Assembly (NCBI GenBank): GCA_964016885.1
Contig: OZ024742.1
Coordinates: 239,382,001-239,446,000 of the forward strand
Direction of reading: 5' to 3'
Length of the DNA stretch: 64,000 nt
Source of the DNA: Eledone cirrhosa
Taxonomy: Eukaryota
Below the pieces are notes generated by a model. It was not told the DNA's origin. It searched no databases and saw only the letters and a list, made by a program, of their open reading frames with translations. The translations under genes and the position numbers were made by a program. Numbering within the stretch: position 1 is the stretch's first letter; each line of letters opens with the position of its first letter. Below are positions 27,570 to 39,816 of this stretch, one piece after another.

Positions 27570-28085
27570 AGTGGATCCACCATGGACTCTTTCAGCCACC
27601 ACCTGCTTTCCTGACACTACAGTGCTGGCCGCCTTCCATGCCATGCCGCCCTCAACAAGGTCATAAAGCATGGCTTGGATGTTGCAGGTGAGGCTGGACT
27701 GAGGGGACGGCAAAAGGCCAAACGGTATGACCATCTTCCCATTCCGGGGGTGGCAAACCCCTCGTCTGGGATGCCACTTGCAACAACACTTTCTCCAGCT
27801 GCAACCTGGTGCAGTCTGAGACTAATCCTGGTTCTGTTGGACTTCGGGCTGAGGAGGGCAAACTCTCCAAGTTTTGGTCGCTTTCTGACAGGTTTGCAGT
27901 CATGCCCCTAGCAGTGGAGACTTCTGGTGTTCTTCGCTCTAGGGCTACTCCACTACTTACCACCATAGGTGCTAGCCACAGGGGTGAGCCTCGCAAGATA
28001 GAATGGCTCTTCCAGCGCATCTCCCTTACCATCCTCCGGGAAAATGCCTTCTCCATTCTGTCCGCCAGGACTGTGGGGCGGCCAG
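27570..28085 (+). mobile_element. 3' fragment of an RLE-type (CRE-like) non-LTR retrotransposon
   Basis: Across frames: [67 protein letters not shown], which is a restriction-like endonuclease signature. Confidence 0.75.
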
Positions 28086-29869
28086 CATGTGGGACCCCAT
28101 TTGCTCATAATATAGAGAGATGGGGAAGGCGAGAGAGATGGAGGCGTTGACAGTAGGAGTTCGGCTCTTCCATGTTCGGACACATTTATCAGACTGTAGG
28201 TTTTATGTATATATGTAAGTCATGTAAAGTATATTACATGTGAGTTATTTCAGAAGAGAACTTATATGGCCATTCAGCATTTATAACAACAATTAAATAT
28301 AGATATTTAACCTTCATCCCAGGATGGTGATTAATAAAATCAATTACTTGATCTTTCTTTATCAAAAGTATCCATGAATGGGTAACTTTATTTATTTAAT
28401 GAAGAAATGGTGTAACAATAAAATGCAACCCACCCACTCTGTAAAGTGGTAGTGCTGGTGTCACAATAAAATGTACCCAGTCCATTCGTAAAATGTTAGT
28501 GTTGGTGCCACAATAAAATGCAACCCACCCACTCTGTAAAATGGTAGTGCTATTGTCTTCCCCTCACCCTCAAAAAAAAAAAAAATGCACCCTGTCCACA
28601 CTGTGAAGTGGTAGTAGTGGTACCATGAGAAAAGAACCCTGGTATATGCTGTGAAGTGATTGGAGTTAGGAAAGGTATCCAGCTATGGAAACTATGCTAA
28701 AATGGAAATTTTGAGCAATACATAGTTACCAAACCTGTCTGGCTACTCTCATTGCATGACAACCTAACTCATGCAAGTGTGTAAAACAGTGATAATGATG
28801 ATGATAATGATGATGATGATGGTGATACTGCTGCTTCTGATGATGATGATGAAACTATGTTCAAAGTCATGAGCATCCAAGTATTGAAGCTGGGATACAA
28901 ATGTTATTTTTTTATTTTTTTATTTTTATTCCATTATTCTAATACTTGTATTTAAATGATCCAATGTGGAAGCCGCTATGCCGGCGGTGGGGGATTCTGA
29001 CTGAGGGTGAAGTTTGGTTTGCATTCAAATTTGAAACTCTTTGCTGATTAACTCTCTAAAAAATACATTATACTGTTTCAGGTTCAATCCTACTGGCATC
29101 TTGGAAGTCTTGGTTTGACTTTGTGGGTGAAATCGGGTAGATAGAAACTGTTTGGAAGCCCATCAGATGGACTGGTCATGTAATTCAAAGGATCAATTAC
29201 ATTGAATCTCCCTGTGTATTTCTTTGTGGGTACATGTATCTATGGAAGTCTCAGCCACTTATACATTAATTCTATAAGCAGATTGTTTCATTCATTGAAT
29301 AAATGGGACACTCACCGTTGAAACCTATGGAGCTCAACAACAACTCATGTTTAAAAGCAATTCCAACTTCTAAAAATCATTACTTCTCACCTCTAATCAA
29401 CAACTCGCTAATAAAAATACTTTTGAATGTTCGTGTGAAATAATAATTTAATAGACTTCAAAAATCAGTTTGTAACTCCCAACAAACAAGCTTTATCATG
29501 TCAGTTTTTTGAAATTGTGTTGTTTCATTTATTATTGTTTTGGTCGTTCATTCTTTTCTTGTGTACATACATGATTAGAGATTTTTTTTTCTTCCTTAAC
29601 TTTGTCGTTGTCATTGATCTGTTAATTTTCTCTGTACTTGTTTCATTACTGGAAAAAGAAAGAGAAAGGGGGAGGGAGCAGCAGCTTAGGCGGTATTTTT
29701 CAACTACGTCCCACTGACAAAATGGTGAATACATTACCACAGAGAAAAGTCAATAACACCCACTGAATCAGCCACTCCACATCATGGGGCTCCTTCCTCA
29801 GGTGGAATGCACTCATTGTCTGCATGAATAAAAGCATCACCATGATGTTGCAACTGGTGCAGCCAGTCA

Positions 29870-30650
29870 TTGGGGTACCACTAGATGCTTTTGCAAACAG
29901 TCATTGCCATTGGTCTCTATTCACTGTCGTGTGTAGAAGGGTCTTGGTGTTGTGACCAGTCAAGTCTTTGATGTTATCAGACTAGGATTTTCTTTGTCTG
30001 CCTTTTTTTTGCCTTCCCTTGATTGTTCCTTGGAGGATGGCTTTGGCTTTGGACAAGAAGTTGTGTGGCAGGATATATGACCATACCAGGCAAGCTTTCA
30101 TCTTTTCACTATTGCAAGGAGTAGTTCCTGTCTGCCAGCATACTTCTTAATTTGCTGCCTGATAAAATTGAGCTCTGTGTATGGGATGTGTAGCAACCTT
30201 CTGAAAGACTTGTGGTCGAAAGATTGGATCTTTGTTCCATGTCAGCTGTGAGAGTCCAACTCTCACACCCATACAAAGGGATCAAATTCACCAAGGATTT
30301 GAATAGTTTGAGCTTTGTTGGAAAACTGATGGAGTTGCTTTTCCATATGGCATTCAGCTTTACCATGGCAGAAGTGGCCATGTCAGTATCTCCTTTTGAG
30401 ATCTGCTATCTTTGGTCAGAGTGGATCCTAAGTACTTGAAAGTGTTCACTTCTTCAAGTCTTTCTCCATTCAGCATGATGTTGGTTGCTGTATTCTGATT
30501 ATTACTGTTAACCAGACTCTTGGTCTTTTCTGAGCTGATCTCATTCTCTATGCTCCTTATACTTATTCCAGGTCAATGTCATCAGAAAATTGCAGATTAG
30601 AAATTGGCTATCCTCAATGAAAACAGAGATGTGAAGGCTAGGAGTGTCTC
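29870..30650 (-). mobile_element. RTE-like LINE RT/3' fragment
   Basis: WKSNSISFPTKLKLFKSLV..LYGCESWTL. Confidence 0.8.
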
Positions 30651-30689
30651 TTGCACATCCTGATGCTGAAGTGAATTTTAGAGGGAGCT

Positions 30690-31097
30690 AGAGCGAAGAG
30701 CTTTCTTGCTGCCATGGTATTCATTGACTTCAGGAAGGCCTTTGATTCTGTGGATTGAAGCTTCCTGATGAAGATCTTACAGGCTTATCGAATCCCCCAA
30801 AAGATAATGGACCTAATATCATTGCTTTACACCAACACTGGAACCCAAGTCATTACACATGATGGGATGACTTAGTTCTTTAAGATACTGGCTGGTGTGC
30901 TCCAAGGCAATACGTTGGCTCTCTAACTTTTCATCATCACAGTGAACTATTGTATGCGCCTTGCACTGCAGAAACATCAGGATTCGGGCTTCACTGTAAC
31001 ACTGGCTCAGAGTTAAGGTTAGAAAGATATCAGATGCTGAATTTGCTAATGACACAGCTCTAGTGGCAAACACAATGAAGGAGGCAGAGGAGTTGAT
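30690..31097 (+). mobile_element. RT fragment of an RTE-like LINE
   Basis: FIDFRKAFDSV, GVLQGNTLA and EFANDTAL remnants. Confidence 0.7.
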
Positions 31098-31759
31098 ACA
31101 CACACACACGCGTGCACACACACACACATACATATATATACACATATACATATATATATATATCATCATCATCATTTTACGTCCGCTTTTCCCTGCTTGC
31201 AAGGGTGGGACGGGAACTGATTCTGGCTTGATTTCTACAGCTGGATGCCCTTCCTAACACCAACCTCATTTACAGTGAGTGCTGGGTGCTTTTTTCCATG
31301 GCGCCTACACGACCACTTTACAGTGTGGGCTGGGTGCTTTTTTGCTGTGGCACCTCCACGACCACTTTACAGTGGAATGATAGGGACCCCAGTCCCTATC
31401 ATCTCATTTCTACAGCTAAGTAAACTGGAGCAATGTGAAATAAACTGTCTTGCTCAAGGAAACAACACATATATATATTATATACATATATATATATAGT
31501 AATAATTGTTTCTACTTTAGGCACAAGGCCAGCAATTACCCAGTGCATTACTGGTACTTTATTTTATCGACCCCGTAAGGATGAAAGGCAAAGTCTAGTA
31601 ATAATAATAAATTTGAAGACTAAAATCCAAAGAGGGCTCGATAAGGATAAATATATATCAGATATATAAGAACCGTAGAGCAAATATTTATTAAAATAAT
31701 AGATTAAAGCAGCGATTCTTTGCTTAAACTTTAATCTGTTATTTTAATAAATATATATA

Positions 31760-31810
<51 letters not shown>

Positions 31811-32211
31811 ATAATAATAAATTTGAAGACTAAAACCCAAAGAGGGCTCGATAAAATAAATACGTATATAACAAGCGCACACACATACCTACATGTAAAT
31901 ACACAAATGTTCGGAGACAGAAGTCAACCAAAACATGAAGTACACATATACACACACCCTACATACGTACGAACCTGCATACTCACACAGACGCGAAACT
32001 CCCGTATACACATAACCAAACCATATGTACCATAATATATAAAAAATTATACGCCATAACATATACAATCAAATATACGTACGAGAAGGTATACGTACCT
32101 TCACAAAACATACAGGTAATATATACTTACCTATGCAAATAAGTAATGGTATAAACAAAACATATACTTAGCTACCACATCAAGACGTAAAATATCCACG
32201 TATAGATCGTA

Positions 32212-34339
32212 CTATCCGTTAGGGTATAACGTGGGGCTGTAATACAGGAAAGTTTTGTGCAATTTATGTTTACAAGCCGAAATTGCCTCAGATTTTTTGT
32301 TTAAGATGTGGTCTTTGGCGTAGAGTATTTCCAGGGCCTCAGCGGCGCAGAGGTCACATGGTCTTTTATTTCCGTTATACGATCTAGCCCTAGCTAGGAT
32401 CTCCCAGTGTAACTTATATTGGGTGTGGTTGTCTTTTAGACTCCAGATATAAGCTGAAAGTGACGTCATATTCCTTCTTAGAGGGTAACGAAAAGAATGG
32501 GTATGCATGTAAAGACGCTGCTTGAATCTATTGGCAGTTAACCCTATGTAGGCCCTACGGGACGTGGCTGTTTCAACCTTACATTTGTAGACAATGTTAC
32601 TAGAGAGGCATTTCCCGGATAGGGGGCAATCAACCCGATTCCTACAATTACAGTTAGTACTAACTACAGGGTTGCACGTGTTCCTACGGCTAGGTAGTTT
32701 AGCTAAATTTGAAGCTGTGATGTTATGTGCAAGGTTAGGAGTCGTAGAGTAAGAAATTTTAATAGTATTTCTATTAAAACTTTTACTATATTTATGTGTA
32801 GGGGGAAAATGCTTTGTAATAAGGGAAAGAAAGATCTTAGCTAATCGTGTGGCCACCTCCATATTATATGGTGGGTTATACCAACAAATGCGACGGGATC
32901 TATTTCTTCTAGGTCTATTTTCGTACTCTGTATATGCTACCTTATCGACAAATCCACTCCGAGCAAGAGCTTCATTGTAATAAGTGGAATGGTCGTTGAA
33001 AATATGCTCGTTAGTAGATAGACGGGAAAGCCTCAACGAAACGTTTCTTACCAGGTTCTTGGTTATGCTGGCAGGATGGTTGGAGTGCTTACTTATGCAA
33101 TTAAGCGTACCATTCGGCTTTCTATACGGGTAATACAACCCATTCAATAAATTGAGGGTAACGTCGATGTAATTAACGACCGAGAGATTGGCCTCAACCT
33201 GTATAGAGAGGTTGAAGCCTTTAAAGAAGGCTGTGAGTTCTTTTCTGAACCTGTCGCAAGCACGAGGTCCGCACTTAGTCATGGTCAAAAGACCATCATC
33301 ACGGTACAAACCACCGCCCGCGTTGGGGAATTCGTCCTTGATAGAGAAAAGAAGGAAAAGGCCGATAAGATCAGTAACCTCCGCAGAATCGCTGGCGCCC
33401 ATACTCACGTCGAATGGGGTACTATTGGATTTTTTAATCCAAATAGAGTCGTCGAAATTAATCACCGACTTACGGGCATTGAGGATGACATCAACTTCGA
33501 AATCCTTAACCACTGTGAGTGTTTTAGCGAAATTGATAGCTCTAAGGAGAAGTGGTAAAGTGATGGAAGAGTAGTAATTGTTGATGTCGAATTGGATAAA
33601 ACGGCAATGTTCCTTGTTACATATGCCGTTGAACCAATCAATCACCGCGAAAGAATTGTTCCACAGTGCAAGAGGGGCCAAACTTCTAATTTCATGTATA
33701 ATTCTATCAAGAATCGTTTTACTAAGTCTACCTAAATCGGACTTCGTAGGGTTAATAAGCCCAATAGAGGGGTTCGGAAAATTGGATTTGTGATCCTTCA
33801 GGGTAAAGTGGGGGAGAAATAGGGTTCAGAGGTTCGGTCCGGTCCAGGATGTTGAGATCAGAGGTGATTTTAAACCCAGCATCTTTGATTTTATTGATGA
33901 CGCACCGATTAGTTTTACGGTAATCCTTAGTTACAGCATTATGTAGTAGTTGATGGTAAGTACTGCGCTCCACTTGATATAGGTTGCCAGTTTTGTCGGA
34001 ATGGACGTGCACGGCATTAGAATCCTTAATAGAACGAATTCTATTCTTCAGGTCCTGCTGGAAGGAATTGCTCCTATTCCGAAATTTGATACTCCGTATG
34101 AGTTCTAAGACATCATTTTCGAAGGGTAGCAATGCTGGGTTACACAGGGGGTTATTATAGGTTTTAAACCCAAATTTATCCTGTTTGTTGTCTGCTTTTC
34201 GCGGATTATCGAAATAAAAGGCACACCAACGCAACCTTTTAATGAACGCGTCTGTTTTCTGTATCAGGAGTTTTAGGTATGTTTTCCTGCTTGGTACGGG
34301 TATGTTCTTTGTAGAAATATTCAGATATTGTTTCTGCAT
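32212..34339 (-). CDS. Penelope-like RT-GIY-YIG protein, about 708 aa after removing one C in the run at 33810-33814
   Basis: TLKDHK, FIQFDINNYYSSI, MGASDSAEV, GGLYRDDGL, CNCRNRVDCPLSGKCL, IVYKC...YIGLT, CDLC. Confidence 0.92.
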
Positions 34340-34485
34340 GATGAATATAAGTCAATAGAGTGCTCAACCGAGGGAGCCAAATAGTAATAATAATAAATTT
34401 GAAAACTAAAATCCAAAGAGGGCTCGATAAGGATACATATATATCAAATATATAAGAACCATAGAACAAATATTTATTAAAATAA

Positions 34486-34559
34486 CAGATTAAAGTTTAA
34501 GCAAAGAATCGCTGCTTTCACCCTTAACGGGATCTTCTGAAACTAACAAAGTCAATCTG
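34486..34559 (-). ncRNA. Type I hammerhead ribozyme candidate in the PLE pseudo-LTR (core CAGAAGA variant)
   Basis: Minus strand: aguuu-CAGAAGA-ucccguuaagggu-GAAA-gcagcgauucuuugc-UU-aaacu. All three stems pair, plus a distal cagauug/uaaucug helix. Confidence 0.6.
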
Positions 34560-34634
34560 TAAACGCAGAAGTGGATATTTCAAAAAACGTTGCAACCGGA
34601 GGAAGACAGGAAGACGATACTTTGGTTCGTGGAA

Positions 34635-34892
34635 ACGTTCCCTGGCAAAGAACGGGAAAAAACGAATATAATACGTCATTAATAGGAGCGGTGAAAAACA
34701 ATTACGCGCAAAGACAGAACCACGTTTATGGTATAAAAGAGGTCGTAGACTAATGTTCTCTTAGGTGGTTCATAGAGACGTTCTCTGGCAATGAACGAAA
34801 AAACGAAGATAATACGTCATATGTGGAGCGTGGAGAACAATTGCACGCAAAGACAAAACCACGTAAATGGTATAGCAGAAGTCGTAGACTAA
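34635..34892. repeat. Two diverged ~120-bp direct repeats upstream of the PLE ORF
   Basis: acgttc.ctggcaa.gaacg...gtcgtagactaa at about 34635 and 34778. Confidence 0.8.
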
Positions 34893-35303
34893 AATTCTAA
34901 CTAGGAGACCGAATGAATCTCCGCTTCAGAGTTAAGAACAAAGTAAATAAATACAATACAGAGGTAATAGAAATTAAATAAATACATACACGCATACAAA
35001 TACGTACATACACAAGCATACGCGAAAACACTTACCATAGGTATACAAAACCACGCACATATAAATATATGTGTGTGTGTATGCGTGTATTCAAATAAAT
35101 AAATAATTAAATAAACGTATATAAATAAATAAATACGTGTGTGTGTATATGTGTACTTCATGTTTTGGTTGACTTACGTCTCCGAACATTTGTGTATTTA
35201 CATGTAGGTATGTGTGTGCGCTTGTTATATACCTATTTTTTTAAAATTTATATACGTTTTTTAAGGGTATGTCAATATTTATATATAAAACTAACCTATA
35301 TTA

Positions 35304-35369
35304 TATTTTATCTGATGAAAGCGCACCATAGTTTGCTCTGGTGGCCCTTGAAATATGTATAATGAAATA
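35304..35369 (+). ncRNA. Type I hammerhead ribozyme
   Basis: uauuuuau-CUGAUGA-aagcgcacca...ugguggcccuu-GAAA-UAUGUA-UA-augaaaua. Confidence 0.75.
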
Positions 35370-35571
35370 AATATGATTTTATAAATATAGTTTCCATTTG
35401 TTAATATATTGTATATATAAATACCAACCCTACTACCATCTACAAACTGACCAATGAGAATCAAGACTATTCCTGCTGACAGCATTAAATTACTCCTAAC
35501 AAGCTCATATGTCCCAAGGCTCCGATACCATCAACACTATAAACACAGAGCTGGCATATTGTGTGTGACTA

Positions 35572-35627
35572 ACTGCCTGATGAGGTCATAGCCATTCAAT
35601 GGCTATCATCGAAATATATATAGCAGT
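35572..35627 (+). ncRNA. Type I minimal hammerhead ribozyme
   Basis: acugc-CUGAUGA-ggucauagccau uca auggcuaucauc-GAAA-UAUAUA-UA-gcagu: perfect core, paired stems I and II, palindromic stem III. Confidence 0.88.
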
Positions 35628-35680
35628 AAATAAAGGATTTTGAGTTCATGCAATTGACTTATGTTTCGTCACTATATATA

Positions 35681-38069
35681 TCATTATCTATAAAAGGCAG
35701 ATTTTTGTGTCTGTATGTATGTTTCAATTTTATACATTTACACAATTCCAAAAATATTGAATGAATAATTAAGCAGAATGTTTACAAATATTCTAACTTG
35801 GGTCATCGGCGATCTTATTGGCTAAAGAATGCCACAATTACGGAAAAATCGATTTATTTCAACAATCGATGATTTCTCCTCTCTTATATGATATACGTTT
35901 CCTATATCTACTCCCATTCATCACCTCCCCTTAAAATTGCTACCTTCTCTTATAAGTGTTTGTGAAAAAGAGAAACATTGAAAAAAAACATATACACACA
36001 TATATGTGGGTGCATACACACACATATATGTTGGTATGGTTACGATTGACGTCATAGAAACAGGAACGCGGGAATTTCAATCAATCAACGCATACACAGT
36101 TTGTTTTAGAAATAACAATAGCATATAATGATAAAGAGACGGCGGTCCATTAGCATTGCAAATGTTGCTTCTGCTATTGCTGCCAGACCTTCCCACCAAC
36201 CACACGACCAATGTTCTACGTTCAAGCGTAACAGTCGACGGCGAGAAGCTGCGCGCGGTGTGACGAGCCCCAACAGCCCTTACTGGCACCTACGGGCTTT
36301 CAAGTATGAGCAAGACGTTAATTACTCGATGCGCTCTGCTACTCAGTGGGCTGGGGAGCCACCTGCAATGTGCTGCTTAAACGGTAACGTCACCTTGCCC
36401 CCTCTTCCGGAACCGCTAGAACCTTTGAAGGAACTACTGATTGGTTATACCTCAAGGTAAAAAAAAAACCCCGGATCCCCCCAATAAAAAACGCTCCTGG
36501 GGGTACCGGAAAAACTTTTGTAACGAATTTGATTCTCGCTAAGATTCGTCAGGAGAAAAAAGTTGCGTTGTCTGTTGCATCGTCCGGGATCGCTGCTACT
36601 TTGCTGCCGGGAAGCAGCACAGCACATTCAACCTTTAAACTCCCTTTGGATTTAGTAAAAACCGAGACACCAACATGCAATATCAGCAAGAGTTCACACA
36701 AAGCTCTGGTTCTCAAAAGATGTTGCCTCATTGTTTGGGATGAGTGCACAATGGCACACAAGAGTGCCCTTGAGGCATTGGACAGGGCCCGGAAAGACAT
36801 TAGGGATTCTACGGCTCCTATGGGTGGCGTAACCCTTCTGCTATCAGGGGATTTTCGGAAAACGCTGCCTGTCATCCCCAAATGGACAAGAGCTGATGAA
36901 GTGCGTGCCTGTCTTAAGTCGTCCATGTTGTGGCTCCAGGTGAATAGTTTGTACCTGAGCACAAATATGCGTGCTCATTTGCATGGTGACAACATGTCTG
37001 CAGCACAGAACATTTTAGCACTTGGTGAGGGCAAGATCCCTGCGGATGATAAGGGCGGCATAGCAATCGACACCCTGTGCAACATTGTGAGCAGCCCTTC
37101 TGACCTTTGGGAAGCAGTTTTTCCTAATGTCTCATCTAACTTTAAAAACCTCGATTAGCTCAGCGAAAGAGCCATCCTTGCTCCGAAAAATACCATGGTA
37201 AATTTTATTAACGAGCAGCTGATTGAGAAGATTCCCGGTAAAGAGCACATCTTCAAATCAGACCCCGACGATATCGTTAATTATCCGGTTGAGTTATTAA
37301 ATCTCCTTGAGCCCCCAGGGCTCCCACCTCACATTATTAAGCTTAGGGTTGGCTGTCCCATTATGCTAATAAGGAACTTGCGTCCACCAAAGCAGTGCAA
37401 CGGTACTCGCATGGTTGTCAAGTCACTGACGCCCCACTTGATTGAGGCCACCCTTGTAACGGGGTGCGGAAGAGGGGAGAATGTTTTCATTCCAAGGATG
37501 AACCTTTTCCCCTCGGCGTCAGATATCCCGTTCGATTTCCGACGATCCCAATTCCCGGTGAGACCATGTTTTGCCATGTCCATTAACAAGTCACAAGGGC
37601 AAACATTGTCGGTGGCGGGCATCCATTTGGAGGAGCCATGCTTCTCCCATGGCCAACTTTATGTTGCCTGTTCCCGCGCAGGGAGCAGGAATGGACTTTT
37701 TGCTTACTCTCCTCAAGAGATGACACGCAATATCGTCTACAGAGAGGTGCTATAGATGTTGGTGCAGGTGTTGGAGCTATGCCGTCTGGAACACTATTTC
37801 CTGGTAGGGTCACCCATGGCGGACAGATCTGACACCCAGCGGCATCAGGGCCACCATCTTGCAACTTTGGTCTACTAAATTCGCTATTGGAGGATTATTA
37901 ACCCATCATTGATTGACCAAAATGCTAATTGGTTCGTAACTTTTAATAACCGGTTCAACTGCTTTATGCACTTAATTGATAAGCTTATTCGCTTTCAAGC
38001 CACGTTTACCTGTATGTAACTTTTCATAGCAAATGAACAAACCCGAGCAACGCCGGGCTAAACTGCTAG
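35681..38069 (+). mobile_element. Internally deleted Helitron
   Basis: A|TC start (35681 or 35687). 3' hairpin cccgagcaacgccggg followed by CTAG|T at 38066-38070. A Rep N-terminal remnant (CCLNGNVTLPPLPEP) is joined directly to the helicase. Confidence 0.9.
36492..37755 (+). pseudogene. PIF1-family helicase of the Helitron, with an in-frame stop at 37156-37158
   Basis: APGGTGKTF, IVWDECTM, LLSGDF, CNGTR, FAMSINKSQGQTL, FSHGQLYVACSR. Confidence 0.92.
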
Positions 38070-38163
38070 TATATATATAAACCATGCAAGCGAGGAAGAT
38101 GGACGTTAAACGATGATGATGATGATGATGATATAAATTAGCGAGAATCGCATTTCGGCTATT

Positions 38164-38229
<66 letters not shown>

Positions 38230-38477
38230 TGTACTATAGGACGAATTAAGTATAATTAGTTACAACAGTGACATATGACAGGTAGTTAAATTTAGTTGTA
38301 TTATACACCCAACTGATTCACTTGGGATTTTTTTAATAGTTACCTCCCTTTAACGTATCTAATAATTTTGTTTATTTATAGCTAAATTAAACATTACCTC
38401 CCCCTAAAGATCTCTCGTATTTTTTTCTAAAAATCTCGAATCAACCGACCGTGAGAGTAGCCATTTCCTTTTATATA

Positions 38478-38532
38478 ACAGGCTGAATGAGTTGGGGCGT
38501 ATAACACAACGAAACTTACGTACCTTACCTGT
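38478..38532 (+). ncRNA. Possible non-canonical or decayed hammerhead
   Basis: acagg-CUGAAUGA-guug...caac-GAAA-cuuacguaccu-UA-ccugu. Stems I and II pair, but the core has an extra base and stem III is poor. Confidence 0.4.
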
Positions 38533-38533
38533 A

Positions 38534-38648
<115 letters not shown>

Positions 38649-38840
38649 TATTAAAAAAATAATGAATAAACAAAGAAACAGTTCCTTATATTAAACAAAA
38701 AAAGTTCATTATTTCACGATCGTTTCTAGGACATATATGTGTTAGAATTGGTATGCATATTCAAAAGATCTATGATATCCGGATTACATTGAGTTCTTCA
38801 TACGGATTGGACACTACCGTAAACTTTTGGTAGATTTATC

Positions 38841-38911
<71 letters not shown>

Positions 38912-38915
<4 letters not shown>

Positions 38916-38950
38916 ATTTACACCAGTCCAGCCTCCTGTTATTTTATTCA

Positions 38951-39024
<74 letters not shown>

Positions 39025-39063
39025 TGAATAAAATAACAGGAGGCTGGACTGGTGTAAATCCTT
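38912..39063. repeat. ~150-bp palindrome: 45-bp unique arms around (TA)n
   Basis: aaggatttacaccagtccagcctcctgttattttattcataat and its exact reverse complement. Confidence 0.92.
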
Positions 39064-39075
39064 GAAAAGTTTATT

Positions 39076-39133
39076 ATACTATGATCATTTCAATGACCGG
39101 GTTCCGTATGAATCCGGTGATATCATCAGGTAT
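39076..39133 (-). ncRNA. Type I minimal hammerhead ribozyme
   Basis: Minus strand: auac-CUGAUGA-uaucaccggauuc auacg gaacccggucauu-GAAA-UGAUCA-UA-guau. Confidence 0.78.
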
Positions 39134-39329
39134 TCGAAATATAACAAAGGAATATATAAAAATCCATGGGTCCGAAAATCAGAGACAGAGAGCACGACTG
39201 ACCAACTAGCTGTTTTCACCTCGGTCAGTCGCCCTCAAGTGATGGCTATTCGGTCTACTAATGACCATCTAGTGAAGGGGCGTAGGCTTATAGTGTACTA
39301 CCACCTCTCCGTCAGAGAATAAAAAAAGA

Positions 39330-39378
<49 letters not shown>

Positions 39379-39816
39379 AGGAAAGAAAGAAGAAAAGTCA
39401 GCGTAAGGGTCACACTACAGTCAGGCAAGAAAACGCCGCGAAAAATGTTATTCCAAAGAACCTATATTTTAACAAAGGGATATATAATGTGTGTCTGTAT
39501 GGTCAAATGTGTGAACAGAAAATTGGAACGTTAACTTATGTTAAGAGTTAAAGGATGAAATTAAATTAAAAGTTTAAAAAATTAAGAGTTAAAAGAAATT
39601 TTAAAAATAATTAGAAAATTAATAGAAAATTAAAGGTTTGTGTTGCGGGATTTATTTAATGAAACTACAGAGAGAGTCTTATATGAAAAAGTTTAAGTGT
39701 ATTATTGGGAATCCCTATAAGTTATCAAGGTGGGATATAGAGTAAAGATTAAAGCCTTCGATTGGAAATCCCAGCCAGCTCCTCCTAACCAACATGTCAG
39801 CCAGTTTCGAGTGGTA

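Larger units (their letters stand above)
31597..35420 (-). mobile_element. Penelope-like retroelement with direct and inverted pseudo-LTR pieces
   Basis: RT + GIY-YIG ORF. 31597-31709 repeats 34383-34494; 31706-31753 is an inverted copy of about 34470-34518; about 31862-31955 is inverted at about 35135-35232. Confidence 0.92.

Noticed and set aside
33188-33574. Plus-strand ORF (likewise 36549-36962 and 37329-37622 on the minus strand)
   Set aside because: Antisense shadows of the PLE and Helitron coding regions.
38735-38812. Hammerhead-like text on the minus strand (augaaga...gaauaugcaua)
   Set aside because: The core is mutated and stem I does not pair.
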